From assembly GCF_964355755.1 (NCBI RefSeq), contig NC_092678.1:16535881-16599880 (forward strand): a DNA stretch of 64,000 nucleotides, read 5' to 3'. Shown here piece by piece: positions 49,881 through 63,758 of this stretch. The stretch's first letter is position 1, and each line of letters begins with the position of its first letter. The stretch comes from Antedon mediterranea. Taxonomy: Eukaryota > Animalia > Echinodermata. The notes below the pieces were generated by a model. It did not search any database and was not told the DNA's origin. It saw nothing but the letters and a program-made list of their open reading frames with translations. Both the position numbers and the translations under genes were made by a program.

Positions 49881-52599
49881 TTGTCAATATCCTATATTCA
49901 CACAACGGTAGAGCAGTTAGCACTTCAGTTTCAACTGATGAAAAAATCTGGGTAATCAAACTGTTTGTGCTTTGAATAATCGATTGCACTGCAACCTAAA
50001 GAAAATAATATTGATTTAATATTTTTTATATTCAAGTTTTAATATGTTTAAAAACTAAGTTGTGCTTTAGTTGGGGAGCTATGCAGCCTAACAAAAAAAA
50101 TGTTATTTGTAACAATGAAATTGGTCACAAAAAAATGGCCTAGTACCCAAGTCCTATAGTTACTATAGCTAATAGTCCTGTATAATAACAGTACCAGCAA
50201 GGCCTAGGAAATAGACGTATTTCTCTAATAAAAAATAGTTTAAAATGCATAATTGTTGTAATTTTAAAGCAAAATGGCTTACCTGTGGAATCTTGTTTCT
50301 CTCCTTTAATTTTAGTAGAAAGAAATCAGTATTTTTTATACTATTATCTGCTTGTTCATCCTCTAGTTAGTAGGCCTTCTTGCTGAGCATCAACAAGATA
50401 ATTAATATTAAACAATCATTAACAGTATAACAATACTAGAATTATCACTACTACTATCGTCAGTTGATAAATCATCCCCGTTATAATAGTTTTTTTCTTC
50501 ATTAACTTCGTCAGTCTCCTAGTCTAGGCCTAGTTCTACTTCATCCTCAATTGGCATCCTCGTTTTCTCCAGGCATACTTATATACTGATGTTTCCATCG
50601 TCAACTGCAGGAGGTTGCCGATTGTTATACTCGTCCTTAAAATGGCGTCTTATGACATGCTTGTAAAACGAATTGTAAATTCCAAAGCTTGCCGGGCAGC
50701 GAACCACCAATTCCACATGTTATTATTATATTTCCATGAATTGAATTATAATGCCTTAGCAAATAGGGTAGCAAATACTGTACCTACTTCAGTTTACTGG
50801 CACCAACTTATCGCTTTTTTTCGGACTGCAACAAACATGTGTCATTATTATTGTCTGTCGTATTACTGTTGGTCCAGACGTTTTATAGATTTGCTTTAAC
50901 CACCATGGAGGTTTATACCTCCATGCTTTAACGTTGAGCAGTATAATGACCTTATACATTCTGGGTAAAAGGCCAGCGATAAATTTTTGGTTATAGTTGA
51001 AAAACAACACTGTGTGTGGTCGATGACCTAGCTCCCGGCGGGATCATGGCCAACGGTTTTTTAAAGTAATCATTCAAAATCTAGAGTTTGTAAGTAAAAG
51101 ACACCTTTCATCGCAATTTATATATTAAATGCTTCAATAGGCCTAGTAAGATTAGTCTAATATAATGTCGAAGGAAGACGCTTTGTTGAAGATCCGAGAA
51201 ATAGATGAAGAAATGGCCAACATTTTAACAGGTTCGTAGGCCTAATAATTATATTTTAATCTGCCAGCAGTCTAGGCCTAGCCTAGGCTCCTTCCTAGTT
51301 AGTAATACTGTAGGCCTGGAACTAGTAGGTCTAGGCTAGCCTACTATGCCTGTACTGACGGACAGGTGTATAGGTTTAGCTTAGCATTTTAGTTCAGACA
51401 TTGACAGAGGGGACAAATATTGTCGGACCTATTTCAGCTAGGTATAAGGAAGGCCTAATATAATAGATAATACAATTATAATGTAACAGTTATTTTGTAA
51501 TGTAGCCATGAAATATCTACGAAGGATTATACTGTACTGTATTATATACACATATTCCAATGAGAAATATAATGACATTTAAAAACACTTCTTTACATTT
51601 AATTGTATGATTGTTATTATAAACATTGATACGGAATAAAAACATCAATCAGGATTGAGCACCGTTTTGCGTATTGTCTTCCTAAATAGTAATATTAAAA
51701 ATAAATGTAGACCCTAATAATTTAACTAAAAATAATAGATACAGCCAGGCCTGTCTTTGGGATCGGTATAAACAGGGCAAAGTTTGTGATTAAAAAGTTC
51801 AAATGCATATTCCACCCACCCTTATGTCTTATAATGTAAAATTATTCTTACCACCGTTCTAATATTGCGTCATGTTTTTGTGTTTACCGCCCCAGATATA
51901 GGACTCTAAAACCACACCGTACCCAATTAGTTGATGATGTTACACATATTTTAAATACAGTAATAACTAAAACTATATAAATCTCTTTTCATTTTTAGGA
52001 ACATGAATAAAGATCCAGAATCCTGGTCTTCACGCCGATCAGGTAATATGCCGGTATTGCTTTTGGACACAGAAATGGCCTACATTAAAGTTTAGCAAAC
52101 AATTCTAACTACAAAGAAAGCAAAATTAGATGAGGCTCTAGTTACTCTCCTCTCCACTTTTTACCTTCTGGATTTCGATTATCCAAAATGAAAAGAAGTA
52201 GGCCTCACTATCCTTTAACAGTTAGTGATTTGTGATGAAAACACACCTGTACACTTGACAAAGGCTGTTGAATCATCATTAGTATACATTAATAAATTTA
52301 AAGACACCTAATAGTTTAAAGCCCAGGTGCGGGAGAAGAATTTTACGAAATTTGTATTTTACCATTTTAATGTTTTTAAGTTTTCTTTTGATGGCATTTT
52401 ATTATTAATAAAAACAAGTTTGTTTTAAAGAAGTTGTATATATTATTGTACCTAATGTCATGTAAATTGTAGTTCTTAATGAAAATAACAGTATTGTTAA
52501 TATTATGTTTTATAACATTCTTGAATTATTTGTTTAAGTAAAATATTACTTAAAATGAGTATTCATTTATCGTTCTTAAAATAAATTTTTAATGATTTA

Positions 52600-54110
52600 T
52601 ATTTTATAGAATTCTTGTTTCAAGCAATTTTTTTCCCAATATAAGTAAGAATTTACGAATTTTAATTTGATAGAATTCTTGTTTCAAGCAATACTTTTCT
52701 TAAAATAAGTAAACATTTACTGGTTTTTATTTGATAGACTTCTTGTTTACTTATTTTAAAAAAAGTTTTGCTTGAAACAAGAATTCTACAAATAAAAATC
52801 GGAATATTCTTACTTATTTTAAGAAATATATTGCTTGAAACAAGAAAACTAAAAATATAAATCGGAATATTCTTACTTATTTTAAGAAAAATATTGCTTA
52901 AAACAAGAATTCTAAAAAATACAAACCGGAATATTCTTACTTATTTTAAGAAAAATATTGCTTGAAACAAGAATTCTACAAATAAAAATCGGAATATTCT
53001 TACTTATTTTAAGAAATATATTGCTTGAAACAAGAATTCAAAAAATACAAATCGGAATATTCTTACTTATTTTAAGAAAAATATTGCTTGAAACAAGAAT
53101 TCAAAAAATACAAATCGGAATATTCTTACTTATTTTAAGAAAAGTTTTGCTTGAAACAAGAATTCTACAAATAAAAATCGGAATATTCTTACTTATTTTA
53201 AGAAATATATTGCTTGAAACAAGAAAACTAAAAATATAAATCGGAATATTCTTACTTATTTTAAGAAATATATTGCTTGAAACAAGAATTAAAAAAATAC
53301 AAATCGGAATATTCTTACTTATTTTAAGAAAAATATTGCTTGAAACAAGAATTCAAAAAATACAAATCGGAATATTCTTACTTATTTTAAGAAATATATT
53401 GCTTGAAACAAGAATATTAAAATTAAAAATCGGAATATTCTTACTTATTTTAAGAAAAATATTGCTTAAAACAAGAATTCTAAAAAATACAAATCGGAAT
53501 ATTCTTACTTATTTTAAGAAAAATATTGCTTGAAACAAGAATTCTACAAATAAAAATCGGAATATTCTTACTTATTTTAAGAAATATTTTGCTTGAAACA
53601 AGAATTCAAAAAATACAAATCGGAATATTCTTACTTATTTTAAGAAAAAAATTGCTTGAAACAAGAATTCAAAAAATACAAATCGGAGTATTCTTACTTA
53701 TTTTAAGAAAAATATTGCTTGAAACAAGAATTCAAAAAATACAAATCGGAATATTCTTACTTATTTTAAGAAAAATATTGCTTGAAACAAGAATTCAAAA
53801 AATAAAAATCGGAATATTCTTACTTATTTTAAGAAATATCTTGCTTGAAACAAGAATTCAAAAAAATACAAATTGGAATATTCTTACTTATTTTAAGAAA
53901 TATATTGCTTTAAACAAGAATTCTATAAAATACAAATCGGAATATTCTTACTTATTTTAAGAAATATATTGCTTGAAACAAGAATTCAAAAAAATACAAA
54001 TCGGAATATTCTTACTTATTTTAAGAAAAATATTGCTTGAAACAAGAATTCTATTTTAAAAAATCGATAAATTGTTACTTATTTTATAGCAGATACTGCT
54101 TAAAACAAGA
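52600..54110. repeat. 63-bp tandem array (~21 copies) preceded by 2-3 inverted copies
   Basis: atcggaatattcttacttattttaagaaa.atattgcttgaaacaagaat at 52798, 52861 and onward; 52600-52748 carries the reverse complement. Confidence 0.96.
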
Positions 54111-56163
54111 ATGAAAAAAGCAATTAAATTCTTGGTAAGAATATTGTTCTTAAAGTATTATTTCTTGGTAAGAATAATTTTCTTGATAAGAATTTGTGTG
54201 ATTCTTGTTAAGAATTTTACGATTCTTGGTAAGCCAAAAAGTATTGAAATACGGACAAGTCAAAATTTACTTGTTTCAAGAAATATTTTGCTTGAAACAA
54301 GTTTTTTTTTTCTTAAAACAAGAATCAGAATTTTGCTGTGCAGAGGTGGTCAATTATGAGAAGCGGTTCCTTACAAGAGGTGGTGGTCCTATAAAAGTGG
54401 TGATTCCTTACTAGAGGTAGTGGTCGTTAAGAGAGGTGTTTGATAATGAGAAGCGGTCCCTTACAAGAAGAGGTGGTCCCTTAATAGAGGTGGTCGATTA
54501 TGTTAAGAGATATGGTGGTAGTTTGAGAGAGGCGGTCATTTACGAGATGTGATCGTTACGAGTTGTGCTTGATTATGAGAAGGGGTTCCTTAAGAGAGGT
54601 GGTAAGTAAATAGGGTGGTTGCATATGATGTATGGTCATTTTAGGGAAGTGGTCACTTATGAGATGGCTGCTTTTGAAGGTCGGTAACTTTAAAAAATTG
54701 TGGAGACTGATAGCTAAAGTAAAGAGATGCATTTGCACAAATTTAAACATAGGATTGTAAAAAACACACAGGATTTAAACTGAACTTCAAAAAGTCAAAA
54801 ATACAGGCGGGGGAAAAACACAACTATTGGAAGGGCATTGTCTTACGTTGCGGGGTTTGCGTTACGTTACGTCGCTAGTGGGAACCAGTTGTTACGTTAG
54901 TGGTTAATAATTCGATAGTCTGTTTCTCCGTTTTCTATTCGAATGACTTTCTGTTGAGCACAATCTGTTAACCATTCGAATACAAAAAGTAGCCTACTCA
55001 ACGAATCTTTATGCTGACAACGAAATTTCCCATTCGAATATATACGACAATTAATTCATTCTTGCAAATACTGTATTAAGTATCGTAACTTGAAAAAGTG
55101 AAAATGAACTATCTGTTACGATCTTCAAATATCTTGACTAAATTGGAGAAAATCCTACTTTTTATATCAATTGTAATTTGTATAACCTTGACAATCCCTA
55201 AATGGAGCAATTTTGGTTTATTATCTATTTATTAATAATAATAAACTGATTTAGCTAATGTTTCTACAATGGCTTCCATGTTATTATGGTTTTAACCTGT
55301 TTTCTTTGAGGAGATGGAGACCCCAACAATGTTGGAAAATTAAGTTAAGTAAACGACTTAATTGCATAATACACGCGCACGTTCTTATAAAGGAAGCAAC
55401 AGCTAGTTATTGATTGACGTGATTAAAATTTGAAATCAACTCAAGGCAGAAATAACAATGAAACAACAATTTCATATAGACCAATTAAATTCAAATAATG
55501 TATATTAACAATAACAATTCAGTAAGACTTCCAACAAAGGAATCACATAGTTGATGTAATCAGAGCAGTAAATCGACGATAATTTAGATTGTTTTTAAAC
55601 AATCTTCGATGACGATAGAACTATTAAAACAGTTCTATCGTCATCGATTATATTATCAATGTCACTTCTCTGGTGTAGTAATACCGCCGCCAAGTTACAC
55701 GATTTACAAAGACGTATACGTACCTTTGAATACGTTTCGATGGAGATTTTTTTTTTAATATTATGGATAACCATGGACGAAATACTACTGAACTTTCTTA
55801 CGCACTGCAATGTCACTTAGAGAGAGGTAATTGTCACAAAGGTAAGGCATTATTTATTTATAGTAACGATGCTGCTAAAAGACGTGGTCACATTGCACTG
55901 TAGTGATATAATACATCACTCAGTGTCAACAAATCCCACACGACAAAAATACGCTTACAAATGTCTCGTGTGTTATGGATATGACGATTATGAATAATAA
56001 AACGTCTGTAGCTGTATTAATAATATACAGAATGCGATGATGATTATGATTAAATTGATGCAGAGTAAAAACAAATTATTAATGACAAATCATTTTCTGT
56101 CTCTCATAAATCTCTTTCAAGTGTAGGAGAAAGAACATCGATTTTAGTGAAAAATTAAACAAA

Positions 56164-59100
56164 ATGACGACAATCGAACTTCAACGTAGGTCAGGGGGTG
56201 AAAAGACCGCTACAAGTGCCGTCCTTATTATAGGATCGTGTATGGAGAATAGTTCAGCGCATGGAATCTCAAATATAAAGCGCGCACATCAGAATATCAG
56301 ACGTCTCTTTTGGATTTGTGCTTTTCTGACGTCATTTTCCGTATGTGTGTGGCAGATTACTTTGCTAATCAGCGCCTACCTCGATCGGCAAGTCACTACC
56401 AATGTAGACGTCATTACCAAAACGAAACTAACGTTCCCCGCTGTAACCATATGCAACAATAACGGCATGTTAAAGTCATACTTACAACAAAATGAAGAAT
56501 TATTCAATGACATAAATGGTACTGCCACTAAACTAGTAAGTAAGCTTAAATAATTATTTAGAATTACGTATATTTTATATATCATTGTATTTGTTGTTAA
56601 GCCATTTTGATACCGTGGTTAGCCTAGTCACTTTGATCAAAAGTTGGACCGAAAAAAGTCAATAGGAAGGCTATTGGCTCGGATAAAAGTATTTTCTGGT
56701 TAGCTGTAACCGTTTATTTTATATTTCTATAAGCGAAATCATTATAATTATTTGTTCTGGTTCGTGTTCGGTGAAAATGAATACTACTAAAAAGTAGGAT
56801 TTTTTAGGACAGTAAGTCTTTAACATTCGATTTGAAGTGCTATATTTTAATAATTGTCTGTAAAAAAACTTTCTTAAATAGGATTCCAAGTTTCAATATT
56901 GGGACAACGATGATGATGAAAGTTATGAGGCTCCTTTTGATTTGATTAATCTTCTGACGGAACATCTCTCTCCTATAGCATACGATGACAGAGAAAGTAG
57001 TGGTCACCAGATCAACACAAGCCTGTTGTCTTGTATATTTAATGGAATTCCCTGCAATCCCAAGTATATTGAATAATGTTTATTTTATTTTAGATTTTTT
57101 ATTTTTAGATTTTGCTTAAGTTCGTTTGATTTGTTTAAGAACTTCTTAGCTATCTTAAATTAAGCAACATGATTTTTAAATGTCAGCTCAGATCACGACA
57201 AGTATATTGTTGCATGTTTTAATGGAAATCCATGCACACCATCCAGGTATATTTTTTCAAGTTTAACTCTCCTCAGAGAGAGGCTTTATTATGTTTATAA
57301 ACATTTCTTATTGTGTCAATTAAAATGTTCCTTTCTTGACAGCACATACAATACAATTTGCTAATAACTTAATCGTATGTTGGTTTCTGGATTTAAATAA
57401 TTAAAAAAGTAGAACATATTTGAAATATAATTTGGAATAAGACGATTTCTTTCTTAATTATATAATGGGCAGTTACAAATAAGAGGAAAGACGTTCTCTA
57501 CTTCTCCTCTGTTACATAGTCTACAAATACGTTCCGGACGCGGGAGCACAATCATCTCTGTGTATCTATTCGGGCTTCTATATTCAGAGTACCAGGACTT
57601 GCTTTAGTTATTTTTTGTTATTGAGTAATATTGTAATTGTGTTAAATAAAGCGTCAATGTTTTCACTTAACTATCTTGACATAAGCCACTGTACAACAAG
57701 CTTCGCTGTCCAGTATTCAATAGGAATCCATGCAAACCATATTACAAATGATTACGTTTGTAGTTGGATGTGAGCCGAAAGATGAAATACTGATGCAGTA
57801 CTTAATTTGTAATGAAACCAAAACAAAAGAAATCATTGATAAATAAAATAATGAAGACAAAATTAAATAATATTTATATTATTTAATTTAATTTCTATTC
57901 TTTTAAAAACATTATGTTTTTTTAAAGCTCAGGTACAGGCATGAATTTTAAACATAATATCAGGTTAATTGCACATAAATCAAATATTTGTAATAGAAAT
58001 CTAGACGAAAAAACATTAATATCCCTTAAAATTGTCAAATACAAAATTTGACAAAATTCTGCTATGAAAACCAGGAAGACTTTTTTCAGTAGTTAGGTAG
58101 TTTAGCCTAATGTCATGTAATAACATGTCTGTTGACTTCCTAGAAGGTCAAAAAAAGATGGTGGATATACAGTGGATACTTTTTGCTATAGCATAAAAAT
58201 AAAACTCTGAAGTTGAATAAAAATACCAGAAACGTAAAATTCAAGTTATATTACCTATTAGTCATCTGATAAGATTTTTTACCACGCCGTTTATTTTTCA
58301 TAGCTTTTTAACATTTGTGTATAAAAGAATAGAGATTTTGCTGGGTAATTTGAACTATCCCCCCACTGATAAGAAAGTGCTTATTTTCAACAAGCTCCAA
58401 CAAGCTCGTGTAACACCAATAAAATCCCAAAACATGATAAAACATAGGACAAACTATAGATCGATAATTATTGGAATGTATGATCAATAGAATTTTTTTG
58501 CCCGCACCTAGCCTTTAAAGAAAGGAAAATGGTAGTCGAGTTGGTTGTTTGCATGAATGTTAAGAAAGTATTAATTAATAATATTAATTAATAACTTAAT
58601 AATATTCTTACTTCGTTTTTTCAGCCATTTTTCCTACGTATACAATTACTTATTTGGTAACTGCTATACTTACAACAATGGTATGAAGTTTCGTGCCAGT
58701 AGCACCGTCAGTGCTGGTCCCATTTATGGTGAGAGTTTGATTTAAAACATTGCAAGCAACTGGTTGTTGATGTATTATAATACAATTAGGTCTCTAAACA
58801 TTATATTAAAAGTTTACTCAAATCGGACTACCGCAAAGGTTCAAATTTCCAATGCATTTCACAAATTAAATCTTTATTAACATCATAAACCGCTACATTA
58901 AGATATAAACACAAGATGAATGTATTTTCTTTGCATATATATCACGCCTTATAGTGTTATTGTTATCGATCTATGGGAACAATAGAATATACGACAATGC
59001 CTTGAAGCATAAAAATAAATCAGTAAGACGCCAATCCACGCTTGATATAGTATTACTCATCTTCATTTAGCGGCTGAATGTTTTCCATCACAATCGATGC

Positions 59101-60897
59101 TGTGTTTGCTTTACCCTTACACCATCTATTGATTTTTCTATTGTTAGAGGAAAACGCAAACTAAATTGAAGATGGTAATATACGATTAACAATACCTATA
59201 TTTAATGGAAGATTTTCTATGGCAAAATATCGCTAGAAGAAATTGATCAATGGTATTCCTTACGGTATCAAATGCAATTTCAAGATCCAGTTATCAACAT
59301 TACAAAACGCATGATGGTTGGATACACTAATGCCATACCATTAAAACATTGCAATATAAAAATACAGAAACAACGTGAAATGGATTGCGTACTCTCAGAA
59401 ACAAATTATTAAACCGTTACATCGACTTTATTCAAATCACAAATTTTATCTATTTATACTCATTTTAGGGTTAACCCTGGAAATGAACATCCAACAATCC
59501 GAGTACATTGCAGATATACGACCGGCCGCCGGACTGCGAATTCTTGTGCACGACCAACATGAAATGCCATTCCCTGAAGATAAAGGTATTAATGTTCCTC
59601 CTGCAAGAGAAACATCTGTTGGTGTATATAGGGTAAGTGTTTTTTATATTTAAAATTTGATAAACTATAAAGGAATATGATCGATAAACAACGACGATAA
59701 ATAAATACATAATACATTTTTATTCAGAAGAAGAAAACAGTTTCCATTTGAGAACAATAGAATGGTTTATATGAAAATAATATTTCCATAAGATCAGAAC
59801 AATACAATCATTGTAATTTATTTATTCTTTACATTGGGTAACCTCTTCAGTCAAAAATATAAAAAAATGTTCTCCCAGAGGGCCCAGTATACAAATCAGT
59901 AAAAGTAAAATTACAAAAAAATTTAAAACAAACCAACGATATAAATGCAAAAACTGTACAAGAAAGAATAAATAATACCCTACGTTCCAAATTATCCAAC
60001 ATCATTATTCCAGATCTGCGTACCCATGATACATAAATATCTTCTTCTACCAGATTCAGTTCTAGCCTTGGGTAATAATAAATTACTATTAGAACTGAAC
60101 CTGGTAAAATAGTTATGAACATCATCAGCTAATTTAAAACTATTTTGGAGAATGGGGACCCTGCCACTCAATCATTTATAAACAAAAGTAAGCACATGGG
60201 TGTCCCGTCTTTCATTTAAAACGTATGCTAACGAATGAACAAGAACACTGGTAGCTCTATTCTGTATCTTTTAAAGCCGGTCAGACCCTTACCCCAATTT
60301 AAACTAAATCACAATAATCAAAATAGGTAAAATTAACGATTTGTAAAGTAAATTAAGAGATGTGTTATCAATATATAGGTCACAGTCTACATAAAAGGTA
60401 AATTAAGTTGCTTACTTTAACACAAAGTTTATCCACATTGACACTCCATAAGCGAAGTGTCAAACCAACCAAACTCCAAGATATTTAAACTTATCAACAA
60501 CTTACATGGTAGAGTCCCCAATATTGATAAGAGCAGCTGCACCATGTAATTTCTTACAGGAACCAAGTAATAATGAGTTGGTTTTCTCAATTTTTTAAGA
60601 GAGTTTTGTTGAAGCATGGTTAAAGTATTTTTTGATGTACTTTTTGTTTAAACTTAACGTAATTGCACATACAGCACCATCAATTTTGTTTTCAATTCAA
60701 TTGGATTTCTATTCCATACCTATCTAACATACATTAACCAGCTTGACTAAACTCTGAAAAAACATTCTCCATTATGATTTTGTATACGACAGACTGAGTT
60801 TGAACGATTACCACATCCCTATCCGTCCAACTGTAAACTAAAAGAGAGTCCGACGATATTCAGTAGAAGATTTCCTGGCATTGAATATAGCAAATCG
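56164..60897 (+). CDS. DEG/ENaC (amiloride-sensitive / ASIC-like) sodium channel, first five coding exons; continues beyond window
   Basis: Exons 56164-56535, 56882-57063, 58625-58728, 59469-59632, 60793-60897 with compatible phases; SSAHG motif, TM1 (RRLFWICAF..), FPAVTICNNN, GHQI..LLSCIFNG.PC, FGNCYTYN, GLRILVHDQ.EMPFP, RLPHPYPSNC. Confidence 0.95.
57185..57252 (+). pseudogene. Degenerate duplicate of the 3' end of DEG/ENaC exon 2
   Basis: cagatcacgacaagt..tttaatggaaatccatgcacacc..ag|gtatat versus cagatcaacacaagc..tttaatggaattccctgcaatcccaa|gtatat; frameshifted. Confidence 0.6.
57926..58514. mobile_element. Old Kolobok-like MITE
   Basis: ttaa|agctcaggtacaggca ... tgcccgcacctagcct|ttaa (imperfect TIR, TTAA flanks). 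Confidence 0.5.
59810..60720 (-). mobile_element. Degenerate CR1-group LINE 3' fragment
   Basis: Minus strand VVDKFKYLGVW.. and DVHNYFTRFSSNSNLLLPKARTESGRRR..GTQIWN; 3' UTR ending aataaataaa. Confidence 0.75.
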
Positions 60898-63221
60898 GTA
60901 AAGTATTCAATCAACTTAAAACGTAATACTATAGTGGAATAGGGTATTTATCATAGACAGGAAAATATAGGACATATCATTTTACAATATTTTAGGCTTC
61001 CGAGTCATCTATTTCATAGAAGAAAAACCCGGTAACACGTTATGAAATGATTAACCACGTATTAGGCATGGTAATAGGCTTACAGTCTGTAAACTTAATA
61101 AAGTAAGATTTAGCATTCAACGTGCAATGAATCACTACCAACAACACTGGAAGATCATTATTATTATAATTATTATTATTACCACGGTTCGGTACGTATG
61201 AAGAATTGTGATTTCTTGAGTAATTATTATTTCTTCTAATTACTACTAATGTGTTACCGTTAGCAACCATAGCTATAAGCTATATTGACGGGTGTTATGT
61301 ATTATAAATTGATATCTTGCTTTTCGTTAATGCATTGAAACATATTAGGTTTTACGCACTATTATGGTGACATCTTTCTAAGATTAAATGGGTTTTATCT
61401 TAAATGCTGGATTGAAATTAATTATCCGAGTGTTATTTACATCTGATTGTCCTTTAAGCTCCCTGACGCAAAGCTACTTCAAAGTAGTTCACATTGAGAC
61501 TTACACATTGAATAGGATAAAGGAAGGCTTTCTTTTAAATTAGTTAAAATAAGGATTTTACTCCAAAAATATTGAAAATGTAGTTCTCAGTTAAAATTCA
61601 AACATAGGCCTACAAAGTAATTAGTTTCAGCCATGTAGGTCTACTAGACGGCATTATTAACTTAACTTTCCTTTTTAGAAATCACAAGAGGCCTGTCCCA
61701 TACGGTAGCATACTAATCGATAATTTAAGAGCCATTGTCTGTAAGAATCAAAGAAATATCAAAAAGAGTGGCAGACTAAAAAAAATGGATTTCTTTCAAA
61801 TTTTGCACATGGCTATATATGTGTTGAGAGAAATCAAATATGAAGTATTTTTTATTTCACACGTATATTTCCATGGCAACGGCCAAATTTGTGTTTTTGA
61901 CAAATTTTGTCCTTTTTTAAGGTTTTTTAAAATGGATATTGGTACTACTTTGATGAACGATATTTTTTTGTTGTTCATTTAATTATAAAAAATAATTAGT
62001 GTATGCATAATAACAATGCATTGTGTACCTGTTTCAAATTTTTTTATTTTTTTTTATTTCATACCTTGGGAGATACCATTTATTTAAAAAGGGGTGTTTT
62101 TCACTTTTTTTAAATTGTTCAATGCAACTAAACTTTACTTCACCATAACGCCCAAAGTGGTGTATTTTTTTAGCTGATTTATTACAAGTAGGTAGTTCTA
62201 ATGTTTAATAATTGATTTATAAAATAAAATACTGGGGTAAATTTAAAATCTACAAGCAGTGTTGCGAGTAACATAGGCATTTTTATATAAAAAAAAAACA
62301 TTTAATATTAGTAAAAACATTTTATTTTCTTTGATTATTTGATTTGAAACTCATTGGTCAGAAAAATTCTTAATGTTTTATATAGTTCTAGTTGTGTTGT
62401 GAGAAAAAAAATTAATTTTTAATTATAGATTCTGTAATTCCCAGTTTTAATGTCATTTTATAGGTTATATCCTCTGGAAATTTGAATAAATTATCAGATC
62501 GTTGTGAATTTTAATCTTTGCAACAGATTACTCCTCTCTTATTTTGAAGCTCCTCTTTCATTTGTTTACTTCTTTTATTTGCTAACCTAAGCAGATCCTA
62601 CATGCCCATCCACCACCACTTTCGACTACCACCGCCCCCCACCCCACCCCGACCGACTATAACCACAAAAAGATAAACTGCAACACCTTGGTCGATCATC
62701 CACTATAGAGTGTCAAATGCATGCATTCAAGCACCACCCACACTGCCGCTACTATCGCCCCAATGAATAGACGGATTCAAACTCCTCCATCCCATCCCCT
62801 CCCCCTTTCTCCAAGCCCCCACCCACCCCAAGTTAAAAATTGCAATGCAAAAGATAGGACATAAAGTTAAGTTTTTAGACCCTCGCCTACAACCAGCATG
62901 TAAAATATCACACTTTATTATTAAATATTGGTTTTAAATTCTATATTTTTTTTACTGTGATGGTTGGATTCAGTATTAATTATTAATTAATAATTATCTG
63001 ATAATTATTTAATTTCCCTTAGTTATGCATAGCAACAGTTACTATGGTAACTAAAAATGAGATATTCTTTAGATTTTGCCTATTTATCTCATACAAATTT
63101 AAATTTGTAGTTTATTAGCAGGCATGCCTTATTTGCATTTTTAAATTACCGTTTCACAAGGTCATATTCGTAAGCACTTTCTTCTGTGATTATTTTTATT
63201 CATGAAAACTCCATATTTTAT

Positions 63222-63758
63222 TTACAGCGGCCACCTCCCTTTAACGGACGCACTTTGAAAAGCCTGTTTGTTCTTCCTATCTAATTAGTGCATTTGGTGC
63301 TTACCGTAAGCAGCTGCGGGCACCTTTTTATACTAAAAATGAGATTTTTTGTAAGCGGCCAATCGAAAAATATTACTAATTGCATGGACCTATGAATTAG
63401 AGGTGCATGTTTATTGTATTTCTTTATATATTAGCTTTATTTTGAAGAGGTTTTAAAAACATTACTGTGAAGAGATGAGAAAACTACACAGATTTTGACC
63501 GACCATTTTTCATATGATAAAAGTTTTTAAAATTTGTCTGAAAATGCTAAAAAATACTAAACCACCTGATTATAAATAATAATAGGCCTACAATTAGCTG
63601 GAAAATTGAGAGGCTCGTTTCGTTAAGAATATCGTATATAGCCATAATAAGTGATTTTCGCCCTTTATTGGCAGAACCTCCCGTAAGGGGTCACCGGCCG
63701 TAAGCGGCGGCCACTTTTCCAGGTCCCGAGGGTGGCCACTTACGGGAGGTTCAACTAT
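63222..63758. mobile_element. MITE-like element with taagcggcc repeats
   Basis: gaacctcccgtaag (63674) / cttacgggaggttc (63739) inverted pair and repeated taagcggc motifs. Confidence 0.6.

Larger units (their letters stand above)
48328..54340. mobile_element. EnSpm/CACTA(CMC)-like non-autonomous element, 6.0 kb
   Basis: TIR cacagcaaaatt / aattttgctgtg with 2-bp CA duplication; long subterminal arrays; internal decayed ORF at ~52126-52312 (DEALVTLLSTFYLLDFDYPK*..GLTIL*QLV) resembling the SAMD3-like accessory protein of animal EnSpm elements. Confidence 0.8.
48110..54700. mobile_element. Palindromic MITE built of (taa.gaccacctct)-type repeats, split by the EnSpm-like insertion
   Basis: gaccac repeats at 48110-48290 and inverse gtggtc repeats at 48297-48320 and 54343-54690. 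Confidence 0.6.

Noticed and set aside
49141-53960. Repetitive ORFs (49141-49434, 49539-49817, 52958-53960)
   Set aside because: By-products of 102- and 63-bp units being multiples of three; non-ATG starts and frame breaks at single-base indels.
61727-62540. Possible TIR element in the channel intron
   Set aside because: Looks repeat-derived, but terminal matches were too weak to define ends.
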